Below are positions 29,801 through 44,412 of a stretch of DNA of 64,000 bases, in pieces. Source of the DNA: the human T2T-CHM13v2.0 reference genome, Homo sapiens. Under the pieces are notes generated by a model. That model was not told the origin of the DNA and searched no databases. It worked only from the letters and a program-made list of their open reading frames with translations. Both the position numbers and the translations under genes were made by a program. The first letter of the stretch is position 1. Each line of letters begins with the position of its first letter. Where the stretch lies: assembly GCF_009914755.1 (NCBI RefSeq), contig NC_060937.1; one strand, written 5' to 3'.

Positions 29801-30309
29801 GAAGTGAAATAACTTTGTCCTCAAACAAAAACCAATGTTTGCCTCAGTTATTTATTAGGTATCAGCCTCAGTAATGAATTGCTGAGTCGACATTTTCTTT
29901 CATATGTTGCTGGAATAATTTTGTTACTTACAAAACACTAACTTTGTTACTTTATAAGACATTAGTGATGTCTACCAAAAATTATGACTATGAGAATTAA
30001 GACAAGGTTTAGTTTAGCAGGGCCAGAGAAGATTTGACTGGAAGTAGATCTTGAAGTCCTCTTGAGGCCTGACAAATCTCTATTTCTAGAACAAGGCAGT
30101 ATTACACAGATGCATTACTCATCATTTATTAAGTGGCAATATATCTATAATACGCTCTCTCAAATGAGTTATATTTCATAAGTTTTAAAAAAGGTTTTAA
30201 AGCGAAACCCTTTACACTTCATGACAGTATTTCTAGAGATTGTATTTTTGCATTTCAACTGTAAATGATTCTTTTAAATTATTATTTTTTTAATTTTAGA
30301 AGGTAAAAA

Positions 30310-30664
30310 AGTACATAAGACTCATCATAGCCTTCTTGTACATAACGACAACACTTTAATACTGTGCTTAGGGCCATTATAAATAGCAGAATCACTAACA
30401 AAAAGCACACTTTAAAAAAAGATATTAAACAGACCACAAAAAAAGACATGTTTACAGAAAAAATTCAAATTAAAAGACAGAACATCACCTTGTTCAATCT
30501 CAGCTGAGAATCTGTGCATTGGGTAACTTAAATTTTTTGCAGTTCTGAGCAACTACAGAAATGACTGTGAAAGTGCTCTAAGTACTGTCTTGTGGGTTAC
30601 AAGAAAGCTTTGGCAAGCAGGCAAATTCATGGATATGGAACCCGCAAATAATGAGGATCAACTG
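30310..30664 (-). mobile_element. MER82-like Tigger-family DNA transposon fragment
   Basis: Terminus GCAAATAATGAGGATCAACTG; CCTTGTTCAATCTCAGCTGAGAA; CTTAGGGCCATT. Confidence 0.7.
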
Positions 30665-31444
30665 CATTTTTCATTTAATTTTAATAATATTAATCATGGC
30701 AGTTTTTCTAAAGTTTTGATCTTTTTTATCTACATATGCAAAGAAAAATAGCATTATCCAAAAATTTTGGAATGCTTCTCTTCTATTCAAGTAATTAGAG
30801 TTGCCTTCTTTTTTTGATGTTACCACTTGCATCTATTAGCAAAATAATATAAAATTCATTTTATATTCTGCACATTTTAATATTTCAAAAACAAAAGTTT
30901 ACAGCACTAAACATTCTTTTTAGTGGTATAAATGGAATAGCCAGATAATCAGGGAAACACTATGTGACTACTGACATTATATGATTCTAGTAACAGGATC
31001 CTTGAAAGCTAAAGGAGCACATTGAAGAAGCATTTAAATTTTAACTGCTCTGCATGGCATTATTTAAAATAACTCACTAGGGTATTAGGGTGATTAGACA
31101 GGTAAATAGTGGTGTAATCAGGTTTGGCTATATACATAAGTGGAATGAATTTTCACTTAGAACATATGTTGTAAGGGGTAATTGAGGCATCTATAAATAT
31201 CTTCTAAAAGAGACTTCCTATATGCCCTGGTGATAGAGTCATTTATTTGATTTATCACATAGAGCCATTGAAAAAAGGTCCTATAAAGAAATGGCTATCT
31301 GGGAAGTATGACAGACCAAACTTCACTACCTACCATTAAAACTTTTCCAATATTAGTTTACCATATCAATTACTAGCCACCTGTCAAGGCTCTTAAAAAG
31401 TGTGGTATCAAAAAGCTCCTGATGGGTTTCTGATAAAGCAAAGA

Positions 31445-32260
31445 TGTCAGAATCATAGAGTGGGGGGAAGAATATTTGCCAAACAGATATTTAACAAAGG
31501 ATTGATATACAGCATAAATAATAATTCTCACATTTTTAAAAAAGGCAAGTGAGACAATTTAATGAAACAGACAATATACTCAAAAAGACACTTTTCAAAC
31601 AATCAAATATCAAATAAACATAAAATGTGTTCAACATCACTTATCATCAAGATGATACAAATTAAAACCATAATGAGATACATTTACATACTCACCAGAA
31701 GAGACACATTTTAAAATGTCCACACAGCTAAATGTTGATAAGAATGAGGCACCACTGGAAATTCCATATAATGCTGGTGGAAATAAATACATTTGCTCAA
31801 TTTGTTTAGAAAATTTGTAGTTGTACCTACTGATGGTAAAAATATATGCATTTTACATGACCCAGAAATTCCATTATTATAACACAAAAAATGCATAAAT
31901 ACATGCATCAAGAAACACGAAGATAATGTTTATAGCTGTGTTTTTCATTATAACCAAAGAAATGAGAGCAATCCAAAAGTTATTCAGGAGTAGAATGGAT
32001 TATTTTTTGTGCCATATTTATATAATATTATGCTACTCACCAGTGAAAAATGACTACTGCTATCCTCTATAATATAGATGAATATCACAAACTAAAATCA
32101 AAAGAAGTCAGTTACAATATAGCATATACTGTATATTTTCATTTATCTAATATTAAAAAACAGATGTAACCAATATATAGTATTAGAATATGATTAGTTA
32201 CCTTTGGGACAGATTGTTGCTGGGAGGGGCTGGATAGAGGCTATTTGGATATTGGTTTGT
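31445..32260 (+). mobile_element. L1ME/MD 3' fragment
   Basis: TGTTCAACATCACTTATCATCAAG, AAATTAAAACCATAATGAGATAC, TGACCCAGAAATTCCA. Confidence 0.75.
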
Positions 32261-33493
32261 TTCCAATTTCCTTTTCTTTTTGTTCTTTCCTTTCCAGTGT
32301 GTCTGCTTTATTTAAAAAGCTACTTAAAATTTTTTATTTTATTTTTATTTTATTTTGTTTTATTTTATTAATTTAATTTCATTTTTTAAATTTTATTTTA
32401 TTAAGTTTCGTAAGTGGGAAATTGTTCATTCATGGTATAATTGTTTAAATTTTAGAAACTTTAAAGAGGGGTAAGCAACCCAGCTATTGACAATCACATG
32501 ATATCCCCAATTATATCTTCAGTGTAAGAGCTTTAACTTCGGTTTCTGTTAAATATTATATCCTTTAAAATAAAAGATGACAGGGTCATCATCCATCGGA
32601 TTATTTCCTGCAAGCTAATATCCCATACTATAGCATTTTTTTCTTTAATAATGTTTATTTGTTTTAGAAAATCTGCCAGACATTTTATGTGCTATTTAGC
32701 TAGAATTGCATTGGTTATAGATGACCACATGGTCTGTGGCCCGACTCAGGACTCAATCATTCTTGATCCTGAATTTTCAGAAAGCCAATTATTTAAGGTA
32801 TAGCACTTTTTTAGAATTATTAACAAAACGCTTATGATTCTAACCTGGACTCTCATTTTTCTGTGCTACATAGCCTGGGTTTTTTTTCTTTAACTGTTAT
32901 TACTTTCCTACTATAGATATTAACTACAATTTTAAGTTTTAAAAAAAAATTCTTAGGAATGCTCTTTAGGCAAAGCAAAGCAATATGATGATTAATCCTA
33001 ACTAAAGTAGATTATCTTCTAAACATGTGTGCGTGTGTCTGTGTCTGTGTGTGACAGAAACACATTGACTCCAGTTTCCAAGAATGTAGACTATTACTCA
33101 GGCTGCTATTTTTAATTTCACATAAGCATGCATGGTTGGGCTTAGCTAATTATAATATAGACCATAAAACTATCTTACCTTAATTTTTTTTAAACATCTC
33201 ACATCTAACTGGCAATATAGGCTCTAGATATTTTGACATGTTGTTTCTGGACACTTACCTACTTTAGAAAAAAAAAAACAAAGAAAGGAAAGGCAGAAAT
33301 GCTTATAAAAGCCCTTGTCTTCATGTCTTTATTTTCTAATTCCACATTAACATATCACAATACATTTTTACAGACAGTCACAGTTAATAGAATTTAACGA
33401 CCTATCTAAGCAGAAAAAAGCCTGTTTTGAATATAGTTAATAGTGTAGCCTACCTTAAACAATATTTTAGTAGAATAATACAATTATGGTGTT

Positions 33494-33798
33494 GGCCAGG
33501 TGTGGTGGCTTATGCCTGTAATCCCAGCACTTTTGGAGGCTAAGGTGGGAAGACCATTTGAGTTCAGGAGTTTCATACTAGCCTGGGAAACATAGCGAGA
33601 CCTTGTCTCCAGTAAAAATGAAAAAAAATTAATTACCTGGATGCAGTAGCACATGCCTCAAGTCTCAGCTACTTGGGATGCTGAGATGAGAGAATCACTT
33701 GAGGCTGAGAGTTTGAGGCTGCAGTGAGCCATGACTGCACCACTGCACTCCAGCCTGGGAGACCAGAGCAAGATCCTGTCTCAAAAAATATATATATA
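33494..33798 (+). mobile_element. AluJ (Jr/Jo-like)
   Basis: Diverged full dimer; TSD AATTA(TG/CA)GTGTT. Confidence 0.9.
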
Positions 33799-34337
33799 AT
33801 TACAGTGTTGTCTGATTTTTGTTCTGTAAAGTGTCTCTTATTTGCTGTGAAATCATGAATCTCTGATGTCCATTGTTTTAATCTATCTTTTATTCCCCTG
33901 AATTACGCGTGGAAAAAAAGCGATATATACATCCCTTTACTTCACCATTGTTAGGCTATTACTTTGTCACAGGCATGCCTCTGCCCTAAGCCTACCTTTG
34001 CTGTATTATGACTTCAGCATCTTATGCTACATGGTTGGACAGGCTGACTCACCACTTCTTCCCTTATTCTTTCTCACAACATAGAAAACTTATACACAGC
34101 TCTAGAATATACAGCATATATCCTGATAGCAGAAAAGAAAAAAAAAAACATAAGCCAAAATAAACTGTAAAATGCTTACTCGGTCATGTATACAGTCTGG
34201 GTAAATGTTACAAAAAGAACACATTCTAATAGTGTAAGTATTTATCATTTCTTAATGTCCTCATAACAAGTTGAAATGGTTTTATTCATATTTGTAAAAT
34301 TTTATCACATCTAAATATGAAGGCATACATGTAAAAG

Positions 34338-34678
34338 TGATATGGTTTTGCTGTGTCCCCACCCAAATCTCATCTCGAATTCCTACATGTTGTAATTCAT
34401 GTGGAGGGAGGTAATTGAATCACGGAGGCAGGTCTTTCCTGAGCTGTTCTCATAATAGTGAATAAGTCTCATGAGATATGATGGTTTTAAAAAGAGGAGT
34501 TTCCCTGCACAAACCCTCTTCTCTTGTGTGTTGCCATGTGAAACGTGCCTTTCAACTTCCACCATGATTGTGAGGCCTTCCCAAGCACGTGGAACTTAAG
34601 TCCATTAAACCGCTTTCTTTTGTAAATTACCCAGTCTCTGACATGTCTTTATCAGCAGTGTGAAAATAGACTAATACA
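34338..34678 (+). mobile_element. THE1A/B solo LTR
   Basis: TGATATGGTTTTGCTGTGTCCCCACCCAAATCTCATC...CAGCAGTGTGAAAATAGACTAATACA. Confidence 0.92.
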
Positions 34679-35150
34679 GAAAAAGATGAAAATACTTGCC
34701 ATACTCTCCTAAAGTCATTTTTTTTAAATGGATGGTGGGGAATTTTCTTTCCAGGAATAAGAATGAAGTGCTCTTCATATGAGATGATGGTTAGGAACTG
34801 TTTAAGGGGATTGAAGAACTCATGTGAAGGAGCAAAATACAACTGAAGGGGTTAGGTGGAAAAAACAAGGCTACAACTACTTCAGTTTCTTTAGGTCATA
34901 TAATGGTTGATTTATAAGCACACCATCACTTTATCGTCAGAATAGAACTGTGAGAAAGATCTTTTAATAATGATTTAAGAGACACAGAGATGACAAGTTT
35001 CTCACACAACTATTTAAATGTCAGGGTTGGAAAAGGAACACAGGTTTGTCTAGCTTTCTTTCCCTGATTCTTAACAGCTAAACTGCCTGCCACAGGACAC
35101 AGACCTCAATGAAATGCCTGAATACTCATGTATTCACAGCAAAGATTCCA

Positions 35151-35800
35151 TTTTTAATTGAAGTATAATTTGCATGCAATAAATGTACAAAGCTTAATTT
35201 TGTTACTTTGATGAATTTTCATATTAACAAACATCCATGGAACCACTATCCAAAACAAGATATAGAATATTTCCCTGATCTCCAACATTTTCTTCAAGCC
35301 TTTTTTTAGACATTTTTCATCCGTCCCTGGAGACAACCATTTTCTATCCCCCAAAATTATTTTTGCCTCCTTTGGATGTCAAATATACAGAATTATACAG
35401 TGTGTATTTCTCCGTCAGGCATCTTTCACTCAACGTAATGTCTTTCTGAGATTCAGCCAAGCTGTTGTATGTATCAGTAATTTGTACCTCTTATTGCTGT
35501 GTGGTATTGCTTAGTAATGATGGTCTAAATGACTATACCACTGTTTATTTAAACATTACCCTACTAACTGATATTAGTAATGTTTCCAACTTTCGCTCTT
35601 AGGAATAAGACTTTTGCATGTCTTTGTACAATATTTGTGCTTTAAAATTTTTTCTGGTTATGTGTTTAAATTTATTTTATTAAATTATTGAGTACTAGAA
35701 TCACTCTAATATAAGGGATGTGTGTGTTCAATTACAAGAAACTACCTAACATTTATCTAAAGTGGTTGTGCCATATTTCACTTCCACCAGCAAAGTATGT
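35151..35800 (-). mobile_element. L1ME/MD 3' fragment
   Basis: TTTTTAATTGAAGTATAATTTGCATGCAATAAATG...AAAGTGGTTGTGCCATATTTCACTTCCACCAGCAAAGTATG. Confidence 0.78.
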
Positions 35801-36032
35801 GTAGCACAAGAATTGTGTATTAATATTTTTCTCTTAAGAGCCTTTTTATTTGCACTAGTTACATAACCAGAAAAAAAGCCTGTTTTGAATGTTGCTAAAA
35901 ATGTTACCCAACTTAGACAACATTCTATTAGAATGATATGATGTATAATGTTTCTAATTTTAGTGCTATAGGAGATAATCTCTTATTTGGTGTGAAATCA
36001 TGGATCTCTAGTCTTTAAGATTTAAAATTTTC

Positions 36033-36306
36033 AGCCGGGCGCGGTGGCTCACGCCTGTAATCCCAGCACTTTGGGAGGCCGAGGCAGGCAGATCATGAGG
36101 TCAAGAGATCGAGAGAGACCATCCTGGCCAACATGGTGAAACCCCGTCTCTACTAAAAATACAAAAATTAGCTGGGCATGGTGGCGTGCGCTTGTAGTCC
36201 TAGCTACTCGGGAGGCTGGCAGGAGAATCACTTGAAACTAAGAGGCAGAGATCGTGCCACTGCACTCCAGCCTGGCAACAGAGAGTGACTCCGTCTAAAA
36301 AAAAAA
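36033..36306 (+). mobile_element. AluSc with small right-arm deletion
   Basis: GAGGTCAAGAGATCGAGA diagnostic; lacks GTTGCAGTGAGCC; TSD TTAAAATTTTC. Confidence 0.92.
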
Positions 36307-38215
36307 TTTTTAAAAATTAAAATTTTCAATAGATAAAAGTAAGATATTCCATATATTAAACAAATATGTTATTCCTCTACTATATTGTGGTACTACAACC
36401 TGCTATTTTAAAAATACAGTAGTGTTACTATTGTTCTCATTGTTATTACTACCGTTTAATAGGCACATCTTAGAATGGCCTATTAAATACTTTTGCCTAC
36501 TCCGCAAATACAAAATACAAAATACTTTTGCCTACTCCGCAAAAGTAATTTGTTTCTTTAAAAATTAACTATGAAAAATATTTGTCAATTTGCTTTATTT
36601 TCTCAGCTCCAAAGCCCATATTCAGAGATTTTGCCTGAGGGGAGAAGCAGATCATTAAACAGATAGCTTCTAATCTGTTCCCTAAAGAACTGATTTCATT
36701 TGCTATAGAGTGTGGAAAAGTTCAAACCTAAGGGAGCTTTCACAAGTAGTGGTGGTTTCAGTAAAAGGCAATTCCAAAAAGATTGGTAAATTTGCTGAAG
36801 ACACAGTTTAAACTGTAGTCAGCTAGTTTGCTGAAAAGAGCTGGGAAAAGTGATAGCCAGAAGAAGCTGTCTGACTTTAGAACTTAAATCATACACTGGT
36901 CTCAGAAACTACTCCTGCAAAGTAGCTCTTTATAATTGGATTAGGCTATAGAGGAATTTATATCTTCAGAAAATTATTGAATACAATAGAATAATTAGCC
37001 AGAAATTAGTGGAACTTCTGGGTGTGGTCAGGGAAAGAAAGGAAGAGAGCCCTGCCAAAACCAGTGTTATTTCAGGGTAGCTGTGGGCATACCCAAAGTC
37101 ATATCTCTCTGAGGAGCAACAACAGAGGTTTAACAGAGGAATGAGGAAAAGACTTAGCTAAAATAATCTGATAATCTTGTAATTTATTTTGAAAAATAAA
37201 TTAAGTAAAAATGACAAGCCTGGAAGTAGGGAGACAAGAATCCAGAGTTCCTACAATATTATGAAAAATGTCTTCTTTCCAGCAAAACATTTACAAGACA
37301 TGCAACAAACAGGAACATATGACTAATCCACTGGAAAAAAAAATGAACTGCTTGTGAGAGCTAACAGATGTCAGATTTAGTGGAAAAAGGCTTCAAAGTG
37401 GCCATAATACTTATGTTCAAAAAATTAAAGGAAGTCTTAGTTAAATAGGAAAAAGAATGTATGAGAATCACATTGCATCACACAGAGAATATCAATAAAG
37501 GAATCTAAATTATGAAAAAGAACCAAAGGAAATTCTGGAGTTGAAAAGCATAACTGAAATAAAAAATTTATTAAAGGAATTGAACAGTAAATTAGAACTG
37601 GCAGAAGAATCAGTGAACACAAAAATAGATCCATAGAGATTATGCAATCCAAAAAACAGAGAAAATAAAGAATAAAGATAAATGAACATAAACAGGGAAT
37701 CAGAGGAATGTGGAACCCCATTAGACAAAGCAACATATGCATAATGGGAGTACAAGAAAGGGAGGAAAATAAGGGGAAGATACAATTTTTCAAGAAATAG
37801 TTTGGGGTGAAAACATCTCAAATTTATTGAAAAACACCAGCCCTCACATTAAGGAGGCTCAATAAATTTTAAATGGAGTAAATGCAAAGAGATCCACTAA
37901 TCAATATACAATAGCAAAAATGCTAGAAACCGAATATGAGAAGAAAATTGTGCAAGCAGCAAGAGAAAAAATGATTCATCACTTACAAGAAACCCTAAGT
38001 AAGATTAATAGCTGATGCAGAAAAGATCAAGATATGAAGACAGCAGGGAAAATGTATTCAAAGAGTTCAAAAAGAAAAGAAAAACAGGCTATCAAAAATG
38101 TTACATTTGATGAAGCTGTTAAACCTGAAACCAATATATAGAAGTATCTCAAGCTAAAAACACATGAACAAACTAGGGAATTTGTTGCAAGCATATCTTC
38201 CTTAAAATAAATACT

Positions 38216-38537
<322 letters not shown>

Positions 38538-39087
38538 TCATCAGGGTGAAATCAAGTGACCAGTGACCCTAGAGTATAATTTGAATGCATACAAAAAAGC
38601 AAATAATCCCAGTAATTATATAATTACAAAAGATAATAGAAATTTAATATTTATTTGTCTTCTCTTTACTGATTCGAAAAGCAGTTGTATAAAATAATAT
38701 GTATACAATGTAATGTTGAGCCTGTAACATATAGTAATGCAATATTTTTTTTTCCAAGAATAACGTAATAATGGTGGGTAGTAGCTAAGCTCCATTAGCC
38801 TAAGGAAATAATACCATATGGTAATTCAAATCCATAAAAACAAATGAAGAGAACCAGAAATAATAGACAGTTGATAAAGAAAAACTATAAATATATAATA
38901 GCCTTTATTCTCTCAGTATTATATATGTAATATGTATCAGACAGAAAATAATATGAAAGACAGAAAAACATAAAAAAGAAAAAAGAAAGAAACGCAATGA
39001 AAAGGACATAGCAGTAACTTGGTAATATTTAGTCTAATCATATCAACAATCACTTTACTTGGAAGTGATTTAAATAAGCCACTTTAA

Positions 39088-40664
39088 AATTTATTTTTAT
39101 TAATTTTATTTTAAGTTCCAGGATACATGTGCAGCATGTACAGATTTGTTACATATGTAAAGGTGTGACATCTTGGTTTTCTGCATCTATCAACCCATGA
39201 CCTAGGTATTAAACCCAGCATGCATTAGCTATTTTTCCTGATGCTCTCCTTTCCTCCCACTCTTCCCACTCAGACAGGCCTCTGTGTGTGTTGTTTCCCT
39301 CTCTGTGTCCATGTGTTCTCATTGTTGAGCTCCCACTTATAAGTGAGAACATGCAGTGTTTGGTTTTCTCTTCCTGTGTTAGTTTGCTGAGGATAATGGC
39401 TCCAAGTTCCAACTATGGCCCTACAAAGGGCATGATCTCTTTCCTTCTTATAGTGGCATAGTATTCCATGGTATGTATGTATCACATTTTCTTTATCCAG
39501 TCGATCATTGATGGGTATTTTGGTTGATTCTATGTCTTTGCTATTGTGAATAGTGCTGCAGTAAACATACTGGTGCATGTATCTTTATAATAGAATGATT
39601 TATATTCCTTTGGGTATATACCCAGTAATGGGATTACTGGGTCAAATCTATTAATGGTTCTAGGTCTTTGAGGAATCACCACACTGTCTTCCACAATGGT
39701 TGAACTAACTTACATTCCCACCAACAGTGTAAAAGTGTTCCTATTTCTCCACAGCCTCACCAGTATCTGTTGTTTCTTGACTTTTTAATAATCTTCATTC
39801 TGACTGGCATGAGATGGTACCTCATTGTGGTTTTGATCTTCATTTCTCTAATGGCCGGTGATGTTGAGCTTTTTTTCATATGTTTGTTGGTCACATGAAT
39901 GTCTTCTTTTGAGAAGTGTTTGTTCATGTCCTCTGCCCACTTTTTAATGGGATTGTTTTTTATTATAAATTTGTTTAAGTTCCTTGTAGTTTTTGGATAT
40001 TAGACCTTTGTCAGATGGATAGATTACAAAAATTTTCTCCCATTCTGTAGGTTGTCTGTTCACTCTGATAATAGTTTCTTTTGCTGTGCAGAAGCTCCTT
40101 AGTTTAATTAGATCCCATATGTCAATTTTTGCTATTGTTGCAATTGTTTTTGATGTTTTTGTCATGAAATCTTTGCCCATGCATATGTCCTGAATGGTAT
40201 CGGCTAGATTTTCTTCTGGGGATTTTATAGTTTGGGGTTTTACATTTAAGTCTTTAATACATCTTGAGTTAATTTTTGTATGGTGTATGGAAGGGGTCAA
40301 ATTTCAGTTTTCTGCATATGGCTGGCTAGTTCTCCCAGGACTATTTATTAAATAGAGAATCCTTTCCCCATTGTTTGTTTTTGCCAGGTTTGTCAAAGAT
40401 CAGATGGTTATATTAACAGATGTGCAGTCTTATTTCTGAGTTCTCTATTCTGTTTCATTGGTCTGTGTGTCTGTTTTTGTACCAGTACCATGCTGTTTTG
40501 GTTACTTTAGCCTTGCAGTACAGTATGAAGTCGGGTAGCATAATGCTGCCAGCTTTGTTTTTTTGCTCAGGATAGATTTGGCTATATGGGCTCTTCTTTG
40601 GTTCCATATTAATTTTAAAGTAGCTATTCCCATTAAATTACCATTTACATTCTTCACAAAATTA
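39088..40664 (-). mobile_element. L1PA (PA8-PA10-like), 5'-truncated, with short 5' inversion
   Basis: Antisense 3'UTR and ORF2 C-terminus (ORF 39944-40300: [15 protein letters not shown]...[14 protein letters not shown]). Inverted piece 40623-40664. TSD ~TAAATAAG(C/A)CA.TTTAA. Confidence 0.93.
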
Positions 40665-42429
40665 AATAAGACATTTAATACCAGATTGCCAGATTTCATT
40701 TTAAAAGATTAGAAGAAAACATATGCTGTCTACAAGAAACTTAATTTTTTTTAAAAAAAACATAGGTTAAGGTAATAGGATGGAGAAAAATGTACAATAT
40801 AAATACTAATCAAACAAAAGCTGGAATAGCTATATTTATTTCAGCAAAAGTAGACTTCATAACAAGGAGGGAATAAAGATTGGCATTGCATAGTATAAAG
40901 GTGTAAATTCTCCAAGATGTAAGAATCTTAATTGTATGTGTCTAACAAGGGGGTTTCAGGCAATACTTGAGGTAATAATTGATAGATCTTAAAGAAGAAA
41001 TAGACAAATCAACAATTAGAGTGGGAACCCCAACCTGCCTCTCTCAGTAACCAATAGAACAAATTGGCTTAAGTTCAGTAAAGGTGACCCAAATGAAAAC
41101 CATCAGCCAAATTAACCTAAATGGTATTTTAGGACAGTCCACTCAACAGGAACAGAATATATATTCTTCTCAAATGCACATGGAATTGAACCAATATAGA
41201 TTATATTCTGAGTTACTAAAAAAAACCTTAACAAATTTAAAAGAGCAAAAAGTATACAAAGTATGTTTTCAAACTATAAGAGTTTTAAGCTGGAAATCAA
41301 TAACAAAATTACCTAGAAAAATTCTGAAATATTTGAAAAGATCATACTGAAATATGCTGAGGCAAAACAAAGCTTAATGTTTTCCAGAAACTGTAAATGA
41401 GTTGTCTGACATTTGGAATATGTGAGTCATGACCATGTTAGAAGATTAATGTGAGCTTAGCTGAGTGTAAGGTGGGAAGGTGGCAGACGTGGAGAGACTA
41501 GGAGGTTGATCATTCTTTAGCAAAGGCAGGCTAGGCTCCAGCATCACCTGTAACCCAAGTGTAAGCTGCTTAAAATAAGATAAATTTATTTCTTATTTAT
41601 TTAACAACACTGACAAGGTTTTCAGGTATGTTTTTCTTCATGCAGTTATTGATAAACCCTGGTTTCTTCCACATTTTGATTCTTCTTTTCTTTAGTATAC
41701 CCAGCTAATTGGAAGTGAAAGATTATGGAGAAGCATGCATGGGAAGTTTTGAAAACCAGGGCTGAATGTATTGCAAGTAACTTCTCCTCAAATTCCATTG
41801 TAGAAAATATAGATAAGTAGCCAAAATACAATAAAATATGTACAATATACTTTAGTTGTGTGGTAGGAGGAGGAAAAGAGAATAGGAGCTCAAATATAAG
41901 TGATATCCTCATATTTATGCGAAATGGCTCCTATGGAAAAGCCAAGTAGAATTATGGGAAGAAAATTTTGAAGGAAGAACTTTTTCTTTCCATAGAAGGG
42001 AAGGAAAGAAAAATGTTAAAAGGATTGGCAAACACTCCAGTCACAAAATGTGGTTTCTGGGCTAAAAACATTAGAATGAAAATTAAAGCATCTTCTCAAT
42101 TTGGAAATTGATAGGACCATATTGAGCTGAACAAGTCACAGCTGCCAGGTAAAAGACAGTTAAGGCAGAGGCTGTATTTAATTCAACTTAGGAGGTAGAG
42201 ATTTAGAAACACCAAGTGTAGCCTCCTCTGTTTAGAAGGTTGATAGAGAAGAAACAAAACTGTTTTTTTTGTAGAAGGGAGCTTAAATTTGAAGAAAGGC
42301 GTGCATATGCACATCTGTTCAATTAAAAAGACTTAATGCCAAGAATGGCTGAAAATACAAAATGGTGGTACTCTTTCCAGTGTGCCAATTTGCTTGTGGA
42401 AATCTGACAAGAAGAAATAAATAGTACAG

Positions 42430-42630
42430 GTTGTACACCGTGGCACTTATTAATTGCCAAACACTTTGCACTTATTTTAATAGCTTCTAAATAACTATGA
42501 GATAAATATTATTATAATGAAATCTTTTTGGAGATGGAAATGTTAAGTGACTTCCATAAGTAAATCTTCACTAATTAAGAATCTGGAATTTAATGCCAGG
42601 ATATTCTCATTCTGGCAACTTAATTCTTGT
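42430..42630 (-). mobile_element. MIR fragment
   Basis: ATAACTATGAGATAAATATTATTAT...GTTAAGTGACTT...GGAATTTAATGCCAGG. Confidence 0.55.
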
Positions 42631-42907
42631 ATGCTATGCTTTAAATGTCTTCTAATATAGTATTCACCTTCCAAATGTATTACATTGATTAGGAGAGAAG
42701 TAAAGGACATGGTCAAGGACAATAAAGATGCAAGTAACATTCATGTGGTAATAGAAACATAAGATAATTCTTGCACAGTGGTCTAAATTTTACCAATTCA
42801 ATGGGAACAAAAGTCTCATTATATGAATGAGAGAAAGATGCTGAAATTAGATGCCTTGGTAATGTTATGAATCATTGAACAGTTACTTATGGCAAGAAGA
42901 ATAGTAA

Positions 42908-43400
42908 TGTGAAGAGGTTCACTGTGCACTGGTTAGCAGATAGCCTGAGTCTGGTACAACAGGACACCCACACACAAGTTACATGAAATGGGTTTATTAC
43001 TTACAGATAGGCAGCAAGGAAAAAGCCTAGATTTCATTGTGAAATGGTCCTGCAAAGCTCAAGAATGCTAGTCCAGGGCAGATGGAGTCTAAACTACGCA
43101 TGCCCAACTTGTACCACAGCTGAGGGCCCTGGAAAACAGTCTCCCCTTCAACCCCTGGGTTTTATACACTTGGACAATGAGATATGCTGGGCTAAAACTT
43201 TGAATGTCATTCTCTTTTGGGGGAAAGAGGACTGGAACAGAGCCTGGGCTGTTCTAGCCAGTACCTCCCTATCTCCTATCTCAGATATTGCATTTTCAAC
43301 ACATTCTACAGTAATTTTTGGGAACTACAAGCAAAAAAAAAAAAAAAAAAGTGGGGGGAGAATGGAGTCAGTCCAAAGCCACTGGGACAACTGTCACGCA
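42908..43400 (-). mobile_element. ERVL-type solo LTR (MER54/MER73/LTR53-like)
   Basis: TG...CA termini, near-perfect 5-bp TSD AGTAA/AGTAG, antisense AATAAA, CACATTCTACAGT...GAACTACAAGC. Exact subfamily uncertain. Confidence 0.7.
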
Positions 43401-44412
43401 AGTAGTTGTTTAGTGATTCATTTTAAGATTTAAGGAAGGTTGAAAATCCAGATGAATTTAGGAACCATTCATCAAACCCTTATAAATTCGAGTTCTATGA
43501 TAATTAAAATATATCTTCTTTTAAAACATACTATTATAACAAGATTTTTAAAGTGATTCTTCTTGCATAGACTCAGTGAGTAAAATTTCTCTTTCAAGCA
43601 AGCCTTGACATATGACCTTGACCTGGAATTTTTCAGGAAGAAAACAGACCGCTTAGGTTCTAAGATTGTCGGAGTGCTGAGGTTCATTGACTTCTCAGTA
43701 ACATTACTGTTTTGCATTGCTTGTAAAGACTCTTTTAAACATTGAATATTTCCATTTGATTTATGTTTATGTGTGAATTTGAATTAAGTTTTATGATATT
43801 CAGGAAAAAAACTTGTTTCTTGCCATTTCATCCAAAGACTATAAAATTCTCTTATATTTACTAGATATTCAATACTAGTATATTGAAATAAAAAAGTGTC
43901 CAATTGTAAAAGGTTTGCAATCATTTTTTAAGTGTCAGTAACATAAACATACTTGATCTCTGTGTATAAGAATTTTCCTATACAGATGATTATCAGATCT
44001 TCTGTAGTTCTTTCATTTGTAGTAGAAGCATTTACAGACTAACTTAAATAACCTGTAGATTTACCAGATAATCACTCACTGGAAAACGAACTGTAACATG
44101 AGTGAGCAATTAAAAATGGTATTGATGAATACATGGTATTCATGATTGCATGGTAATGGAGTAAAATGTATATACGTTGTATGCAAAAAGATTAAGAGTT
44201 GTCATGATGAGACTGTCATTGTAGAAGATATGCCAGTTATTCTTATCTACAAATTAAAAAATATTGTATACATATCTACTGTGTTTGAATAGAGTATCTT
44301 CCCTCAGTAGAGGGATACTAAGTTTCAGAGAAATAAGATTTATAGTTTTCAAATTGGCTTATAAAATCACAAGAATGTACACTTACAAACAGAAACTGAC
44401 AACTTAATAAGA

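Noticed and set aside
43044-43433. 129-aa ORF
   Set aside because: Antisense to an ERVL LTR and runs through an A-tract. No recognisable domain.
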